A DNA stretch of 64,000 nucleotides, from the sequence record MH221129.1; one strand, 5' to 3'. This document shows, one piece after another, positions 1 to 9,598 of the stretch. The notes under the pieces are model-generated. The model was not told the DNA's origin and searched no databases. It saw only the letters and a program-made list of their open reading frames with translations. Position 1 is the first letter of the stretch. Each line of letters opens with the position of its first letter. Made by a program: the position numbers and the translations under genes.

Positions 1-682
1 TCCGTCGGTCGCCTCGCTTTGACGACGTTCCCGGACACAACTTCGGATTGTTCACGTAGTTGGTTGACCAACGTTCCCAGTTAGCTGGGGTGATTTTGTA
101 CGCCGCCATGAATCGATAAATCAACCTTAATAAAGGGTGCTTCATCACATGCGTGTACGTGTGCACGGCATCTTCGATATAACGGTTAACATCACGAGAT
201 GCTGAGCTATCAAATTTTTCCTTGCGTTTGCGACGATTCTCGTCACGCAAGTTCTTCAGGAAATCAGGACGCACCCACGTCCCATCCTGCACCCATGCTT
301 TCGAGCCAAAGTTCCCACGTTTAGCGTCAATGGTGATAGTCAGATGTTCCATCTGCATCACCGCCAAGCCCTCGATAAAACGTTTCCAGGTTAAATCCGC
401 TGGAAAGTCTGCAGAACTGCCCCCAGTAAGAGCCGTCATTAATCGACTGAGTCTGTCAATTTGTGTGGTCTTCTTACTGTCACGGAACTGTTTTAAGTAC
501 GCTTCGTTACTGATGTGCTCCCTCAATAACTCTCGCCAGGTAGACTCACTATAACCCTGCTGCGTAAACAGTTCCCAAAATGCGATGCGTAGCGGTTTCC
601 CCGAAGGGTCCACAGCCGGCATCTTTCCCGAGAGGAGAACTTTGATATTACTTTCTCCTCGGGTTTTCTTTTCATCTTCCAT
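1..682 (-). CDS. Hypothetical phage protein, 3'-truncated by the window edge
   Basis: Read manually: ATG at 682 (MEDEKKTRGESNIKVLLSGKMP...) stays open to base 1. It is absent from the ORF track because there is no stop in the window. Confidence 0.8.
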   Translation of the reverse strand, partial: MEDEKKTRGESNIKVLLSGKMPAVDPSGKPLRIAFWELFTQQGYSESTWRELLREHISNEAYLKQFRDSKKTTQIDRLSRLMTALTGGSSADFPADLTWKRFIEGLAVMQMEHLTITIDAKRGNFGSKAWVQDGTWVRPDFLKNLRDENRRKRKEKFDSSASRDVNRYIEDAVHTYTHVMKHPLLRLIYRFMAAYKITPANWERWSTNYVNNPKLCPGTSSKRGDRR

Positions 683-713
683 ATATCACCTTGTTACAAG
701 GGAGTGATGTCCG

Positions 714-1244
714 TTAGAGATAGTGTTCCACTATGGTCTCTAACTCGCGGAGGATGTGCGCGGTTTGATTGTACAAGGTATCCCTTTCGGGGGTTTGTTT
801 ATCGAACGCACACTGATACAAATCTAACATCGCGAAAACTGTGCGGAGTTTATCGCGTGCTATTTCTGGATTCGGCGTACCGAAATATTGGTCGAGCCAA
901 CGACTAGCGACCTGTTCTCCTTTTCTGTCAATTGCTTCGGGTAAGTCCAGCCAACGTTGATTGGGTAGATTGCTATTGGTTACACGATTATACTCAGAGA
1001 TAAAAAACTCCAACCGCTCCACTAACGTATCAAAGTCCCCAATACGTAATTCGAGTTTACCACGTAAACTCATGGGGCGATAAATATCCCCATTATATTC
1101 CAGAGGCTCTGTAATAAGCTCTAAGCCTACCATAACACGTTGTAAGGTATTATGGGTATTCTTATGAAACTCGGCCTCTAAATCGCGTCTGCGGCTCTTT
1201 ACAGCCTTCTGACGCAGGAGTGTTGAAAGCCATTTGAAAAGCAT
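714..1244 (-). CDS. Hypothetical protein (176 aa)
   Basis: Clean ORF, purine-rich RBS, promoter-like motif 36 nt upstream. Confidence 0.8.
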   Translation of the reverse strand: MLFKWLSTLLRQKAVKSRRRDLEAEFHKNTHNTLQRVMVGLELITEPLEYNGDIYRPMSLRGKLELRIGDFDTLVERLEFFISEYNRVTNSNLPNQRWLDLPEAIDRKGEQVASRWLDQYFGTPNPEIARDKLRTVFAMLDLYQCAFDKQTPERDTLYNQTAHILRELETIVEHYL

Positions 1245-1279
1245 AGGTGTTATCCTATAATGAGAGGTTGTCTCGGATA

Positions 1280-1297
1280 GATAATATCTGTCTGAGT
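1280..1297 (-). promoter_or_regulatory. Copy of recurrent 18-nt promoter-like motif
   Basis: Minus strand ACTCAGACAGATATTATC matches consensus TTTCARAYAGATRTTATC seen six times. Confidence 0.5.
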
Positions 1298-1320
1298 TCT
1301 TTTTGAGATGAGGTTATCCA

Positions 1321-1797
1321 ATGAGCAGCGAAGAAGTGAGATACCAAGCGTTCGACGGAGATGTGGACAACGAAGATTCGCTTCTCCGCCAAACTCAACA
1401 ACTGCGCATCAAGCTAGTCACCGATATTGTCAATGATGGTCAAGTCCATAAAGACTTAAAAGCCGTTGACCGGGTCGAGCGTTTAATTAACGGTATCGAC
1501 AAACAGGTCATGACTAAGCGGAAAATCCAAGCTGCAGAGAAAGGCGCAGAAGCAACACAGGATTTGGCGAACAGTCTGAACGGTTTCTTGATGCAACGCG
1601 CCGGCGTTCGCATCGCTCGTCACGACGATACCCCCGAGGATTTAAATGGCGGGTACCAACCCACTGTCCCTGAGATCGCCGCGAAGCGACCCGTAAAAGA
1701 CGGTGAGTTGGCACCAGTGGGCGAAAAGATTGATGTTGATGCAATCATGTCTACGGCGTTTGCGAATCGTCGTCCCGCGGAGGACGACGAAGACTAA
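1321..1797 (+). CDS. Hypothetical protein (158 aa)
   Basis: GAGG RBS, helical/acidic protein; 3' end overlaps the convergent gene by 47 nt. Confidence 0.75.
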   Translation: MSSEEVRYQAFDGDVDNEDSLLRQTQQLRIKLVTDIVNDGQVHKDLKAVDRVERLINGIDKQVMTKRKIQAAEKGAEATQDLANSLNGFLMQRAGVRIARHDDTPEDLNGGYQPTVPEIAAKRPVKDGELAPVGEKIDVDAIMSTAFANRRPAEDDED

Positions 1798-2473
1798 ACA
1801 TTGCCGTGTCCTTGACGTCGGTAGTAACGTATTGCGCGAGATAACGAGTGGACTCCTTAAAGGGGTTCGCTCCATCTCTTTTTATTAACGCAATTGTTTC
1901 TTCTGTCAACTCGCTGGTCAACAGACTAGGACGCGTGATGGTAAAAGACGGTATCGGTTTAGAAAATGCTTTCGCGTGTTCTTTAATCCAGGGGTACCAG
2001 TCATACATCACCCAACCATCCCAAGCAGCCGCTAAACGTCCAGGCGTTAGCTCGCTATGCGAGATGCAAACGATGTCTACTGGAACAGCACTGTAGTACG
2101 CCCGCAGGTTCTCCAGAAACTCTTGCCGTTCTTCATCGTCCAAATCCATATACGGCCACAGGTTAAACGTTAACTGCGGTCTCTCTATGGGCGAGTGCAT
2201 CTGAATGCTTAGCAGCATCGCATGGATTTCGTTTTTCAACGTCAGTAAGAACTCGGTCGGTTGCGCATTCTTCAGTGCACGCTTATCGCGCTCTGCAAAC
2301 CGCTTATCCCATTCCGTTATCCCCACCACTTCCGCCCACGAATCAGTAAACCTTCTTCGATAAACTTCCAAATCCAGTTTTTCCAACACGTCAGGCTGCA
2401 ACACCTCTGCCCACCCCAAACGGGTATCGAACAGTGTGTCGATATCGATTAAGAAACGGCGTCCTAGTCTCAT
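1751..2473 (-). CDS. Hypothetical phage protein (240 aa), possible HAD-like fold
   Basis: N-terminal FLIDIDTLFDT resembles a DxDxT motif; coupled (4-nt overlap) to the RNAP subunit gene. Confidence 0.7.
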   Translation of the reverse strand: MRLGRRFLIDIDTLFDTRLGWAEVLQPDVLEKLDLEVYRRRFTDSWAEVVGITEWDKRFAERDKRALKNAQPTEFLLTLKNEIHAMLLSIQMHSPIERPQLTFNLWPYMDLDDEERQEFLENLRAYYSAVPVDIVCISHSELTPGRLAAAWDGWVMYDWYPWIKEHAKAFSKPIPSFTITRPSLLTSELTEETIALIKRDGANPFKESTRYLAQYVTTDVKDTAMFSLRRPPRDDDSQTP

Positions 2474-3138
2474 TCCGGGCGTCCTATGTTGTTACCAATG
2501 TGCATGGCTTTAAAGTACGAAGACCATGTACGTGGAGCCTTCGAACTCGTACGCTCTGCACCCTCGAGGTTAATACGGCCTTTACCCGTCTGTCTCAGTG
2601 ACTGGTAGAACGCACGCTGTAATGTGTCGTTACCGCCACGACCCCACAGAAACTCTTGTAGGGTAGCATCGTGTCCGTCGGAGAACATGATGTATGCTTC
2701 CGGGAAAGAGACACCCGAAGCTTTAGATGGGCCTACAACCTGACCAGACAATTTATCGCGCACTTTATCGTTCCGCGCTACGGCCATCTTCTTCTCCTGC
2801 ATCTGCGTCTGACGACGTGCAGGCAGCTGGAAGACTAGATGGGGATAGCGGGTACGTTGTAGGATACCGGTTTTCGGTTCCGTGAGCCACAGGCGCTGGC
2901 ATAAGCTCAGTCCCATCGCTTCGCAAATTTTGATGTTGCGCATATGGTCAATTTTGACCTTACCGCCAGTCGGGTTGTAAATCGGGATACCATCCCGCAG
3001 ACGATTAAAGTCGTCGTCTGACATGCTTGAAAAGGCGCGTTTAGCGGCTTCCGCATTAATCCCGGTCGGGTCAACCAACTTTAAAAAATCGATAGCATAA
3101 GCTTCTGCTTTTTTTCTCCGTGCCGGGTCCAATCTCAT
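2470..3138 (-). CDS. Virion RNA polymerase beta-like subunit, C-terminal fragment (phiKZ gp149-type)
   Basis: LSGQVVGPSKASGVSFPEAYIMFSDGHDATLQEFLWGRGGN aligns by eye with the RpoB C-terminus ([33 protein letters not shown].KSDD); split beta subunits are characteristic of phiKZ-like phages. Confidence 0.75.
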   Translation of the reverse strand: MRLDPARRKKAEAYAIDFLKLVDPTGINAEAAKRAFSSMSDDDFNRLRDGIPIYNPTGGKVKIDHMRNIKICEAMGLSLCQRLWLTEPKTGILQRTRYPHLVFQLPARRQTQMQEKKMAVARNDKVRDKLSGQVVGPSKASGVSFPEAYIMFSDGHDATLQEFLWGRGGNDTLQRAFYQSLRQTGKGRINLEGAERTSSKAPRTWSSYFKAMHIGNNIGRPE

Positions 3139-3410
3139 TGTTTCGCCCTCTCACGCAGAATAGGCAGTGCAGCCCGTTCCAGATCTTCAATCCAATACGG
3201 AATATCGTCATAATGCTCAGGCACACCCACAGCATCAATTTTGGATTTGTTGTTAATCAGCTGCGCATAATGCGCATTAATCTCTTTACTGATTACACTT
3301 AAATCATGACGAGGTTCCGAGAACTTGTTACGGAACGTTTCGCTCAGGTTCTGGTCAATACCAGCCAGACCCAGAGAAAGACGTTCGATAATCTCTTTCT
3401 GGTAACGCAT
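3135..3410 (-). CDS. Hypothetical protein (91 aa)
   Basis: ORF overlapping the RNAP subunit start by 4 nt. Confidence 0.75.
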   Translation of the reverse strand: MRYQKEIIERLSLGLAGIDQNLSETFRNKFSEPRHDLSVISKEINAHYAQLINNKSKIDAVGVPEHYDDIPYWIEDLERAALPILRERAKQ

Positions 3411-3452
3411 CTTGAGTCCTCGAGAAAGAAGGCGGGTTTCCCCGCCTACGTT

Positions 3453-4934
3453 TTATTTTTTCTTAGTCAGGAACTTCGGTTCCAAACCATCAACAGCCAT
3501 CGCCAGAAGAGACATAGCAGTTAAGCAACGCTTACCACCTTTCACTTCCTGGTCTTTGAACATCCAGTATTCCACCGTGTTATCCAGAATTTCATTCCAG
3601 TCCCACTTCTCGTCGATAAGCTTATACAGCTCCTCCGGAGTGATATGGTATTTCATTTCCAGACGGTGGTAGTTGTTCTGCATGTACGCTAACGCCGAAG
3701 TGATTTCTAACGCACGACGAAGACGCGCATTATCATCACAAAGATCGCGGATGGTGGTACGCATGAACTTTGTCCCTGGCAGGAGATGCAGTTCATAGTT
3801 CGCGCCGGTACGAGTGTAACCCCATTCGTTTTTCAGCACTTCACTCAGGTAATACCACAGTGAGAGGTGGTACAGGAGACCCATCTCTTGTGAGAATACC
3901 ATAGTGAACTTCACACCAGTGTGACCGCCCTTTGCACGGTACTGCGTGAAGACGATTTTCTTCAAATCGTTAACTGACGCGTTCATTGCACGCGAGCGTG
4001 CAGTCGGGTATTTCTCTTCGTTAACACCCGTTTTCGCGTTATACGAACCGTCTTCTTTCAACTCGCCGGAACTGGTTGCAACCAGCAAGGAGTTAGTTAA
4101 GAATGACAGCTGGCGACGTGGGATACCTGCAAACTTCAGATCGTCGTTTGCATCGTCCAGCAGTTTCCCGTTTGCTTTCGGGCCACCACGACCTTGGCTC
4201 ATCGCTTTACCGGCATCATCTGCCAGTTGAGCAACAAAGCCCATGTAGAAACCACCGCGCGCAAACGCAGACGGCCAACGACTCATCATGTTGGATTTCT
4301 GCAATGCGTCGTGGGCGTTCAGGATGTTCTGTTCGGAATCACCGACTTCTGACTTCGCGTGCTTATCTTCCAGCGAAGAGGTGTGCCACTCAGACAGGGA
4401 GTCAATGGAGTAGAGCCACGGGTCAAGGATTTTCTTCAGAGCACGACGAACTGGGTCAGGGAACGGTGTTTCACGCGCCTTGCCTTTCATGTACTCTTTG
4501 AATCGTCCCTCTACTTCATCACGAATATAGGTGGAGTAATATTCTTCACCTGGCATGATATCCGAACCGACCATGTTGTAACGCTGTTCGTGGATCAGAT
4601 CCAGCACGCTACCGCCTTCGAGGCCGTTAGCTTTCGCTGCAGAGATGTAGCCTGTTTCCAGACGACTCAATGCTGCTGTGACTTCGGTGTCGTACTTAGA
4701 CCCCCAAGCCGCATTATAACGTTGCAGTATCATGAAAATACAAAAGTCCATCAGTGTGGACTTAAAGGTATTACCACGACCTGCGAAGCCCATGATGTGG
4801 GCAAATCCACCGTTCAGGTAGTAGAGACCATCTTCGCCCTTTTCGTAGTTCCCAAGGGCGTGATCCATGATGGTGTATACGTTAAAACGTGGGCGTATCA
4901 CTTCACCCATAACTTGTTTAGCTGGACCTGCCAT
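3453..4934 (-). CDS. uvsX: UvsX/RecA-like recombinase
   Basis: Walker A variant GFAGRGNTFKST, Walker B-like YSIDSLS, size 493 aa, position next to the RNAP beta-C gene. Confidence 0.8.
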   Translation of the reverse strand: MAGPAKQVMGEVIRPRFNVYTIMDHALGNYEKGEDGLYYLNGGFAHIMGFAGRGNTFKSTLMDFCIFMILQRYNAAWGSKYDTEVTAALSRLETGYISAAKANGLEGGSVLDLIHEQRYNMVGSDIMPGEEYYSTYIRDEVEGRFKEYMKGKARETPFPDPVRRALKKILDPWLYSIDSLSEWHTSSLEDKHAKSEVGDSEQNILNAHDALQKSNMMSRWPSAFARGGFYMGFVAQLADDAGKAMSQGRGGPKANGKLLDDANDDLKFAGIPRRQLSFLTNSLLVATSSGELKEDGSYNAKTGVNEEKYPTARSRAMNASVNDLKKIVFTQYRAKGGHTGVKFTMVFSQEMGLLYHLSLWYYLSEVLKNEWGYTRTGANYELHLLPGTKFMRTTIRDLCDDNARLRRALEITSALAYMQNNYHRLEMKYHITPEELYKLIDEKWDWNEILDNTVEYWMFKDQEVKGGKRCLTAMSLLAMAVDGLEPKFLTKKK

Positions 4935-4949
4935 TTAGCGCTCCGTCAA

Positions 4950-5279
4950 TTAGCGTTTTTTCAGTGGAAGAAGCAGACGACGTTTATGCCAGTTATCGAA
5001 GTGCAGCTCCGCCCACTCAGTGACATCGTTGTCATCTTTCGGGTTCGGATTAGCTACATCCTTGAAACGGTTTTTGTTGCGGTCGTCAATTTCGATTTCC
5101 AACACGCGCTTGCCATCAGCACGCGTTGTAATGTTCACGATACGGCCAATGGTAACTGGGTTACCTGTGGCATCTTTTTTGGTCGGAGTGGTGTAGATTT
5201 CCGGCTCAACACGAGAAGTAAGTACACGAGTCAGGAGTTTGATTTTCATCACTTGATACCTTTGGCTGTTCTCGTTCAT
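4950..5279 (-). CDS. Hypothetical protein (109 aa)
   Basis: ORF in operon with uvsX. Confidence 0.7.
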   Translation of the reverse strand: MNENSQRYQVMKIKLLTRVLTSRVEPEIYTTPTKKDATGNPVTIGRIVNITTRADGKRVLEIEIDDRNKNRFKDVANPNPKDDNDVTEWAELHFDNWHKRRLLLPLKKR

Positions 5280-5345
5280 AAGGTTTGGGCAATACGTAAA
5301 AGACTTACTATGTAGCCCAATCCCTTATATTTCGAGGTTGATAGA

Positions 5346-6101
5346 ATGAATGTTAATCCACTTGCAGCGTTGTCGGGCTTTGTTGCCAAAGCGTCCACGA
5401 TTCTGCCTAAAGCCTTTGGTGGCCCTCAACAGGAACTCGCGCTGACCACTTATGACGACATGTCTGATGTGTCCAAGTGGATGCAGCAAGAGAAGTTTTT
5501 AAACTTTACCGGGATGCTGGTGCCCGTCCCTCCGGGATTCAACACGTACGTGATGGACCACATAGAACGGTTGGAATCTGTATGGGATTCCCTGCAAAAA
5601 ATTCAAGAGGGTGTTTTGTCCCCGATTGATAAACAGTTTGCAGCCCAGACTCATGACCTCGGTATGCTCTCTCTGCCGGTGGGCTTCCGTTTTAAAGATG
5701 TAAACTATCCACTGAAAAACATCAACCCGAAAGACCTGGTTGAGAAGCTTTCCAAGTCATACACCAACTCTGTGATTGACCAACGTCCTATCGAAAAGAC
5801 GTATCACAAAGCCGGTGAAATTGACGTAGCATTCAATCGTGCAAAAGCACTGAACCTGGAAATCACCAAGAAGTTGAAGAACGGGATCGACCGTACCATT
5901 GAAAGTATCAATGCGTCAGTTGACATCATTGCCAATTCCAACGTTCACCCTAACTGCGCCGCCGAGCTGTCCAAGATGGCAGACGCTGGGGCTGATTGGG
6001 TAGAACTGTTCGGCCTGTTCATGAAACAGGTTAATGAGTTGACCGAGTGCCTGAACATCACTGGTGACCGTCTGAAAGCGCTGAAAGCAAACAAAAAATA
6101 A
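5346..6101 (+). CDS. Probable virion structural protein (251 aa)
   Basis: GAGG RBS, helical protein divergent from uvsX, TATG motif at 5309-5312 upstream; position typical of a virion gene in phiKZ relatives (recalled). Confidence 0.6.
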   Translation: MNVNPLAALSGFVAKASTILPKAFGGPQQELALTTYDDMSDVSKWMQQEKFLNFTGMLVPVPPGFNTYVMDHIERLESVWDSLQKIQEGVLSPIDKQFAAQTHDLGMLSLPVGFRFKDVNYPLKNINPKDLVEKLSKSYTNSVIDQRPIEKTYHKAGEIDVAFNRAKALNLEITKKLKNGIDRTIESINASVDIIANSNVHPNCAAELSKMADAGADWVELFGLFMKQVNELTECLNITGDRLKALKANKK

Positions 6102-6112
6102 AAGTAGAAGCA

Positions 6113-6137
6113 CTGCCTACCCCAATGGGGTAGGCAG
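6113..6137. terminator. Bidirectional intrinsic terminator (CTACCCC-type hairpin)
   Basis: 11-bp stem CTGCCTACCCC/GGGGTAGGCAG, A-run upstream and T-run downstream, between convergent genes. Confidence 0.85.
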
Positions 6138-6162
6138 GCTTTATTTTTTTAGCTAATGGCAT

Positions 6163-6705
6163 TCAGAACTTGCCTATGGCGATATTCTGCGTCGGCTCTA
6201 CCACGATGAGGATTTCTTTCAGGCGAGAACAGATATGTTCCCAGACCTGAACTTCCAGTTCACGGAAAGTCGTTTTCACTTCATACATGAACTGCGGCTT
6301 AAAGTCCTCACGTTTGAACGCCTCCCACGATTCGCTCAACGCTTTAGCATCTTCACCGCCCATGCGAATGATGTGCTCGATATTGTTGTTGGTGTCGTAC
6401 GCCTTATCAACTTTATCGATAGCTTCATCCACTTTCAGTTCAACCGTGAAGCGTCCCAGCTTGGCCTGGAGGAAGCCGTCTTGATTGTCTTCATCATTGT
6501 AGCTAAACTCTGCTACACGACGACTCAAGTCCATTGCTTCGTTGATGGCCAACTGAACGATAGAAGACGCAATGAGACCTGCGTGGTGTGGGTAGTCCAC
6601 CATTTTAGGCATCAGTAAGTCTTCAACCTTTCGTTTCAGTTTAAACATCGCTGCCGGGAACGCTTCACGAAACTCATCATCCAACAAGTCAATATAAATC
6701 TTCAT
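6163..6705 (-). CDS. Hypothetical protein (180 aa)
   Basis: Clean ORF, coupled to the upstream gene. Confidence 0.75.
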   Translation of the reverse strand: MKIYIDLLDDEFREAFPAAMFKLKRKVEDLLMPKMVDYPHHAGLIASSIVQLAINEAMDLSRRVAEFSYNDEDNQDGFLQAKLGRFTVELKVDEAIDKVDKAYDTNNNIEHIIRMGGEDAKALSESWEAFKREDFKPQFMYEVKTTFRELEVQVWEHICSRLKEILIVVEPTQNIAIGKF

Positions 6706-7241
6706 AATGCTTGCTTCCCGTATTTCTCACCGAGGTAAAGCAGCTCACGTCGACAGATACCCAACACATTCATTTCAGCCGAACGGTAGAGCTGAGTGAT
6801 TTTGTCGATGATGGACTGGTCAAGGATATCAGACCACGTAACCGTGTCAGTTACGTTGGCCGTACGGCCGTTAATGATAACCGCCACGTACGTTTCACCC
6901 AGGTTCTCTTGATGTAGCCCGGCCAATGATTCACCAACCTTATCAAACGCTTCGCTGAGCAAGTCAGTGATTTGGTCTGCACCTTCGACAAGTTCGAAAC
7001 GGTGTGGGTAGTTCAAGATATTGCGCAGCCGTGTGAACATGCGTTCAATCAGCTGGTTTACCATCGCATCAGTATCACTGATAGCCACATCTACACCGGA
7101 ACCCATCTCATCAGAAAGACGATTCTCATGAACGGCCAAAGCGTCATGGAGTTCGAACTCCACGTCTTTCTTTAGAGCCATGAGTATCTCGTCTAACTGA
7201 CGGCGTGACTCCGACATTGCGAAGTCAATTACGATTTGCAT
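6702..7241 (-). CDS. Hypothetical protein (start revised to MQIVIDF)
   Basis: AAGGGG RBS before ATG 7241 removes overlap with the upstream ORF. Confidence 0.7.
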   Translation of the reverse strand: MQIVIDFAMSESRRQLDEILMALKKDVEFELHDALAVHENRLSDEMGSGVDVAISDTDAMVNQLIERMFTRLRNILNYPHRFELVEGADQITDLLSEAFDKVGESLAGLHQENLGETYVAVIINGRTANVTDTVTWSDILDQSIIDKITQLYRSAEMNVLGICRRELLYLGEKYGKQAL

Positions 7242-7252
7242 TACGTTCCCCT

Positions 7253-7669
7253 TTACAAGTTGCTTGCCAGATGATTGGTCTTTTCTGTAAACCAATAGCG
7301 GCAAGCAACAAGGTCAACAATGTTGTACACCAGATCGTCGCCATGTAGACCGGTTTGCACAATCTCGTTACCCAGCTTAATAATCAGGTCTTTGCGATTA
7401 TCTAACAACAGCAACACGATGCGACGAACTTCTTCCCGGATAGCCACATCGCTTAGGCAGCGATAGCGATCGGTCAGGTTAAGCATGATGGTGTCGTATG
7501 CGCCTTTTTGAACAGGGCGTCCACCGTGACCTGCTTCTAGCGCAAGAAGGGAGACATTAATTAAAACCTCGGTAACCACGGAATAAACCATCCCGCGATT
7601 ACCGTGAATCTCCACACCCTTTAAGTAATCCTGCAAGTCCATCAATGACTCGCTGTACACCTTAATCAT
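7253..7669 (-). CDS. Hypothetical protein (138 aa)
   Basis: ORF in minus-strand operon. Confidence 0.7.
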   Translation of the reverse strand: MIKVYSESLMDLQDYLKGVEIHGNRGMVYSVVTEVLINVSLLALEAGHGGRPVQKGAYDTIMLNLTDRYRCLSDVAIREEVRRIVLLLLDNRKDLIIKLGNEIVQTGLHGDDLVYNIVDLVACRYWFTEKTNHLASNL

Positions 7670-7679
7670 ACCGCCCCCG

Positions 7680-8051
7680 TTAATTGGTTAACGGCCAAAC
7701 CCCCGGTGATGGAATCGATTCATGCCCACGCCATTTCTTAATTACAACGAGGCTAGAACCTGGGAAGCCGTTTAGGTCGAAACCGATTGTTGCAACCACA
7801 TCAACCTCGGTTTCTAAGGTGGAGTGGCCGACCGGGGAGAGATGAGCGAAGCTAACCACCTTATTACCTTTAATGGCGGTATCGCGAACAATACGTGCCA
7901 TCTGTCGTATTTCCGTCGAAACGGGACCGTGGAGAGTCGTTACCTGCGTCGACGGTGCTAACCATTTATCGTGCTCAGGCGAGACTATGTAAAGAATAGT
8001 CCCTTCTTTAAAGAACTGCTTGACCAGTGTTTCAAATTCATCTTGAGTCAT
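7680..8051 (-). CDS. Hypothetical protein (start revised to MTQDEF)
   Basis: AAGGAG RBS before ATG 8051. Confidence 0.7.
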   Translation of the reverse strand: MTQDEFETLVKQFFKEGTILYIVSPEHDKWLAPSTQVTTLHGPVSTEIRQMARIVRDTAIKGNKVVSFAHLSPVGHSTLETEVDVVATIGFDLNGFPGSSLVVIKKWRGHESIPSPGVWPLTN

Positions 8052-8064
8052 TTTAAATACTCCT

Positions 8065-8802
8065 TCAGTAGTTATTAAGTCGCTGTGCAACATCGCTGTG
8101 GATGCGACACATCGTGGTCATTGCCTTATCCGGGATTTGACTGACACAGTTGTCAGTGTAGAACAGGCCGTTAGAGAGATAGAACTCACAAGTCATGAGA
8201 TCGGTAAGCTCGTGAAACGTGGTACCGAAACCGTATTGCCATGGCCCGTAGTAGAGGGCATCGTAATCCCCGTCCTGAATACCGAAAGCCACGCTGGAAC
8301 TCTGCCACAGTGTAGAGGATGTTGTATACGTATCGTACCAGTAACCGAGTAAGCGGTATCGTTGCATAACCTCTCGAAGTTCCTCGAAAACGGTTATGAG
8401 CACCCCTTCTACTTGTGTTACAAAATCTTCTTGCAGTAACCGCTCACTGTACCACTCAATGCAGTGAAAGACCTGCTCCTCGACATCACTCTGCGATAAC
8501 CCAGTCTCTGAAATTCCCTCCTCGTAGGAGTAACCCTCATAGACGTCGGTGATGTTGCACTCGACGTGTTCAAGCGTAAACACACGCCGAGTATTTAAAC
8601 AATCGTACATCTCTTGCAACCACGAAGTAAAGATTTCAATACAGACATTAACCGTTGTATATTTGAATTCGTTCTCCATGGGATACCACTGTGGGTTATC
8701 GTGCAGCTCCTTCGTTAGATACCGATCCCAATGTTGATAAAACAACCCCTCGAAAAACTGAGGGGTTATCTTTAACAGTGCCGGCACCTCAATTTTCAAC
8801 AT
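8065..8802 (-). CDS. Hypothetical acidic/aromatic-rich protein (start revised to MLKIEVP)
   Basis: AAGGAG RBS before ATG 8802; promoter motif 34 nt upstream. Confidence 0.75.
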   Translation of the reverse strand: MLKIEVPALLKITPQFFEGLFYQHWDRYLTKELHDNPQWYPMENEFKYTTVNVCIEIFTSWLQEMYDCLNTRRVFTLEHVECNITDVYEGYSYEEGISETGLSQSDVEEQVFHCIEWYSERLLQEDFVTQVEGVLITVFEELREVMQRYRLLGYWYDTYTTSSTLWQSSSVAFGIQDGDYDALYYGPWQYGFGTTFHELTDLMTCEFYLSNGLFYTDNCVSQIPDKAMTTMCRIHSDVAQRLNNY

Positions 8803-8835
8803 GTAAATGCTCCTTAAGGTGGCGATGTTCATGCA

Positions 8836-8853
8836 GATAACATCTATCTGAAA
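8836..8853 (-). promoter_or_regulatory. Recurrent 18-nt promoter-like motif
   Basis: TTTCAGATAGATGTTATC on minus strand, intergenic. Confidence 0.6.
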
Positions 8854-8862
8854 ACCGTTGCG

Positions 8863-9597
8863 TTACGCCTTCGGTTTATAGACCTCGATTTCACCTAACA
8901 TGTTGAGCGTGTAATAATCGATGCTGTCTGCTTCGTCGGAATGAATGTCTTCCGGGTCCAGTAAATACCCGCCGATATCGTCCGTAAGTACCCAGGCATC
9001 ACCCTGACGGAAAATCCCCATTGGGTTTTCAACAACCGGCATGACCAGATCGGCATAGCTTTCACCAGTAGCACGCAGCGTCAGGTCGTCCCCATCGACA
9101 ATGTAAAGTAAACAGAGAGAACGATCTTTGAGGGAACGGTGGAAGTCCGCACGGTCGTACCAAATAATCAGATGGTCACAGTCGTCATTGCCGGCAATAT
9201 TAACCAGCTCCGTCCAGAAACGGTGCAGATACCAATTCAGGGCACCTGTGATTAACGCATTTGGTTTAAGCATCCGTACATGTTCATCGTACAGCTCCTG
9301 CATCCCCCAGATGCGGATGTCCTCAGCCACGATTTCTGGCAACTTCGGCATCTGCGGTTTAACAGGTATCGGCATGGGTTCTAACGTGCGCGCATTGAAA
9401 CGCGCAATAACATCGGTAATCAGTTCGGCGACTTTATCAATCGCTGCTTCAAAACCGACATGTTTAATTTCATCGTAATGCTTGTAAAATCCACCGCCAC
9501 GATGATAAGTGTTCCACGACATCCAGCCGTATTGCTCCAGACACTCGATAAGACTCTGTGTGTGGAGCGTGAGCATTTCACTCACGACTCGCTTCAT
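8863..9597 (-). CDS. Hypothetical protein (244 aa)
   Basis: GAGG RBS, clean ORF. Confidence 0.75.
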   Translation of the reverse strand: MKRVVSEMLTLHTQSLIECLEQYGWMSWNTYHRGGGFYKHYDEIKHVGFEAAIDKVAELITDVIARFNARTLEPMPIPVKPQMPKLPEIVAEDIRIWGMQELYDEHVRMLKPNALITGALNWYLHRFWTELVNIAGNDDCDHLIIWYDRADFHRSLKDRSLCLLYIVDGDDLTLRATGESYADLVMPVVENPMGIFRQGDAWVLTDDIGGYLLDPEDIHSDEADSIDYYTLNMLGEIEVYKPKA

Positions 9598-9598
9598 T

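Noticed and set aside
1751-1797. 47-nt 3' overlap of convergent genes
   Set aside because: Common in compact phage genomes; no extra signal seen.
4950-5279. Possible ribosomal protein L21-like similarity
   Set aside because: Only a vague resemblance by eye; cannot be supported without a profile search.
4359-5315. 318-aa plus-strand ORF
   Set aside because: Antisense to uvsX and its neighbour; no recognisable features.
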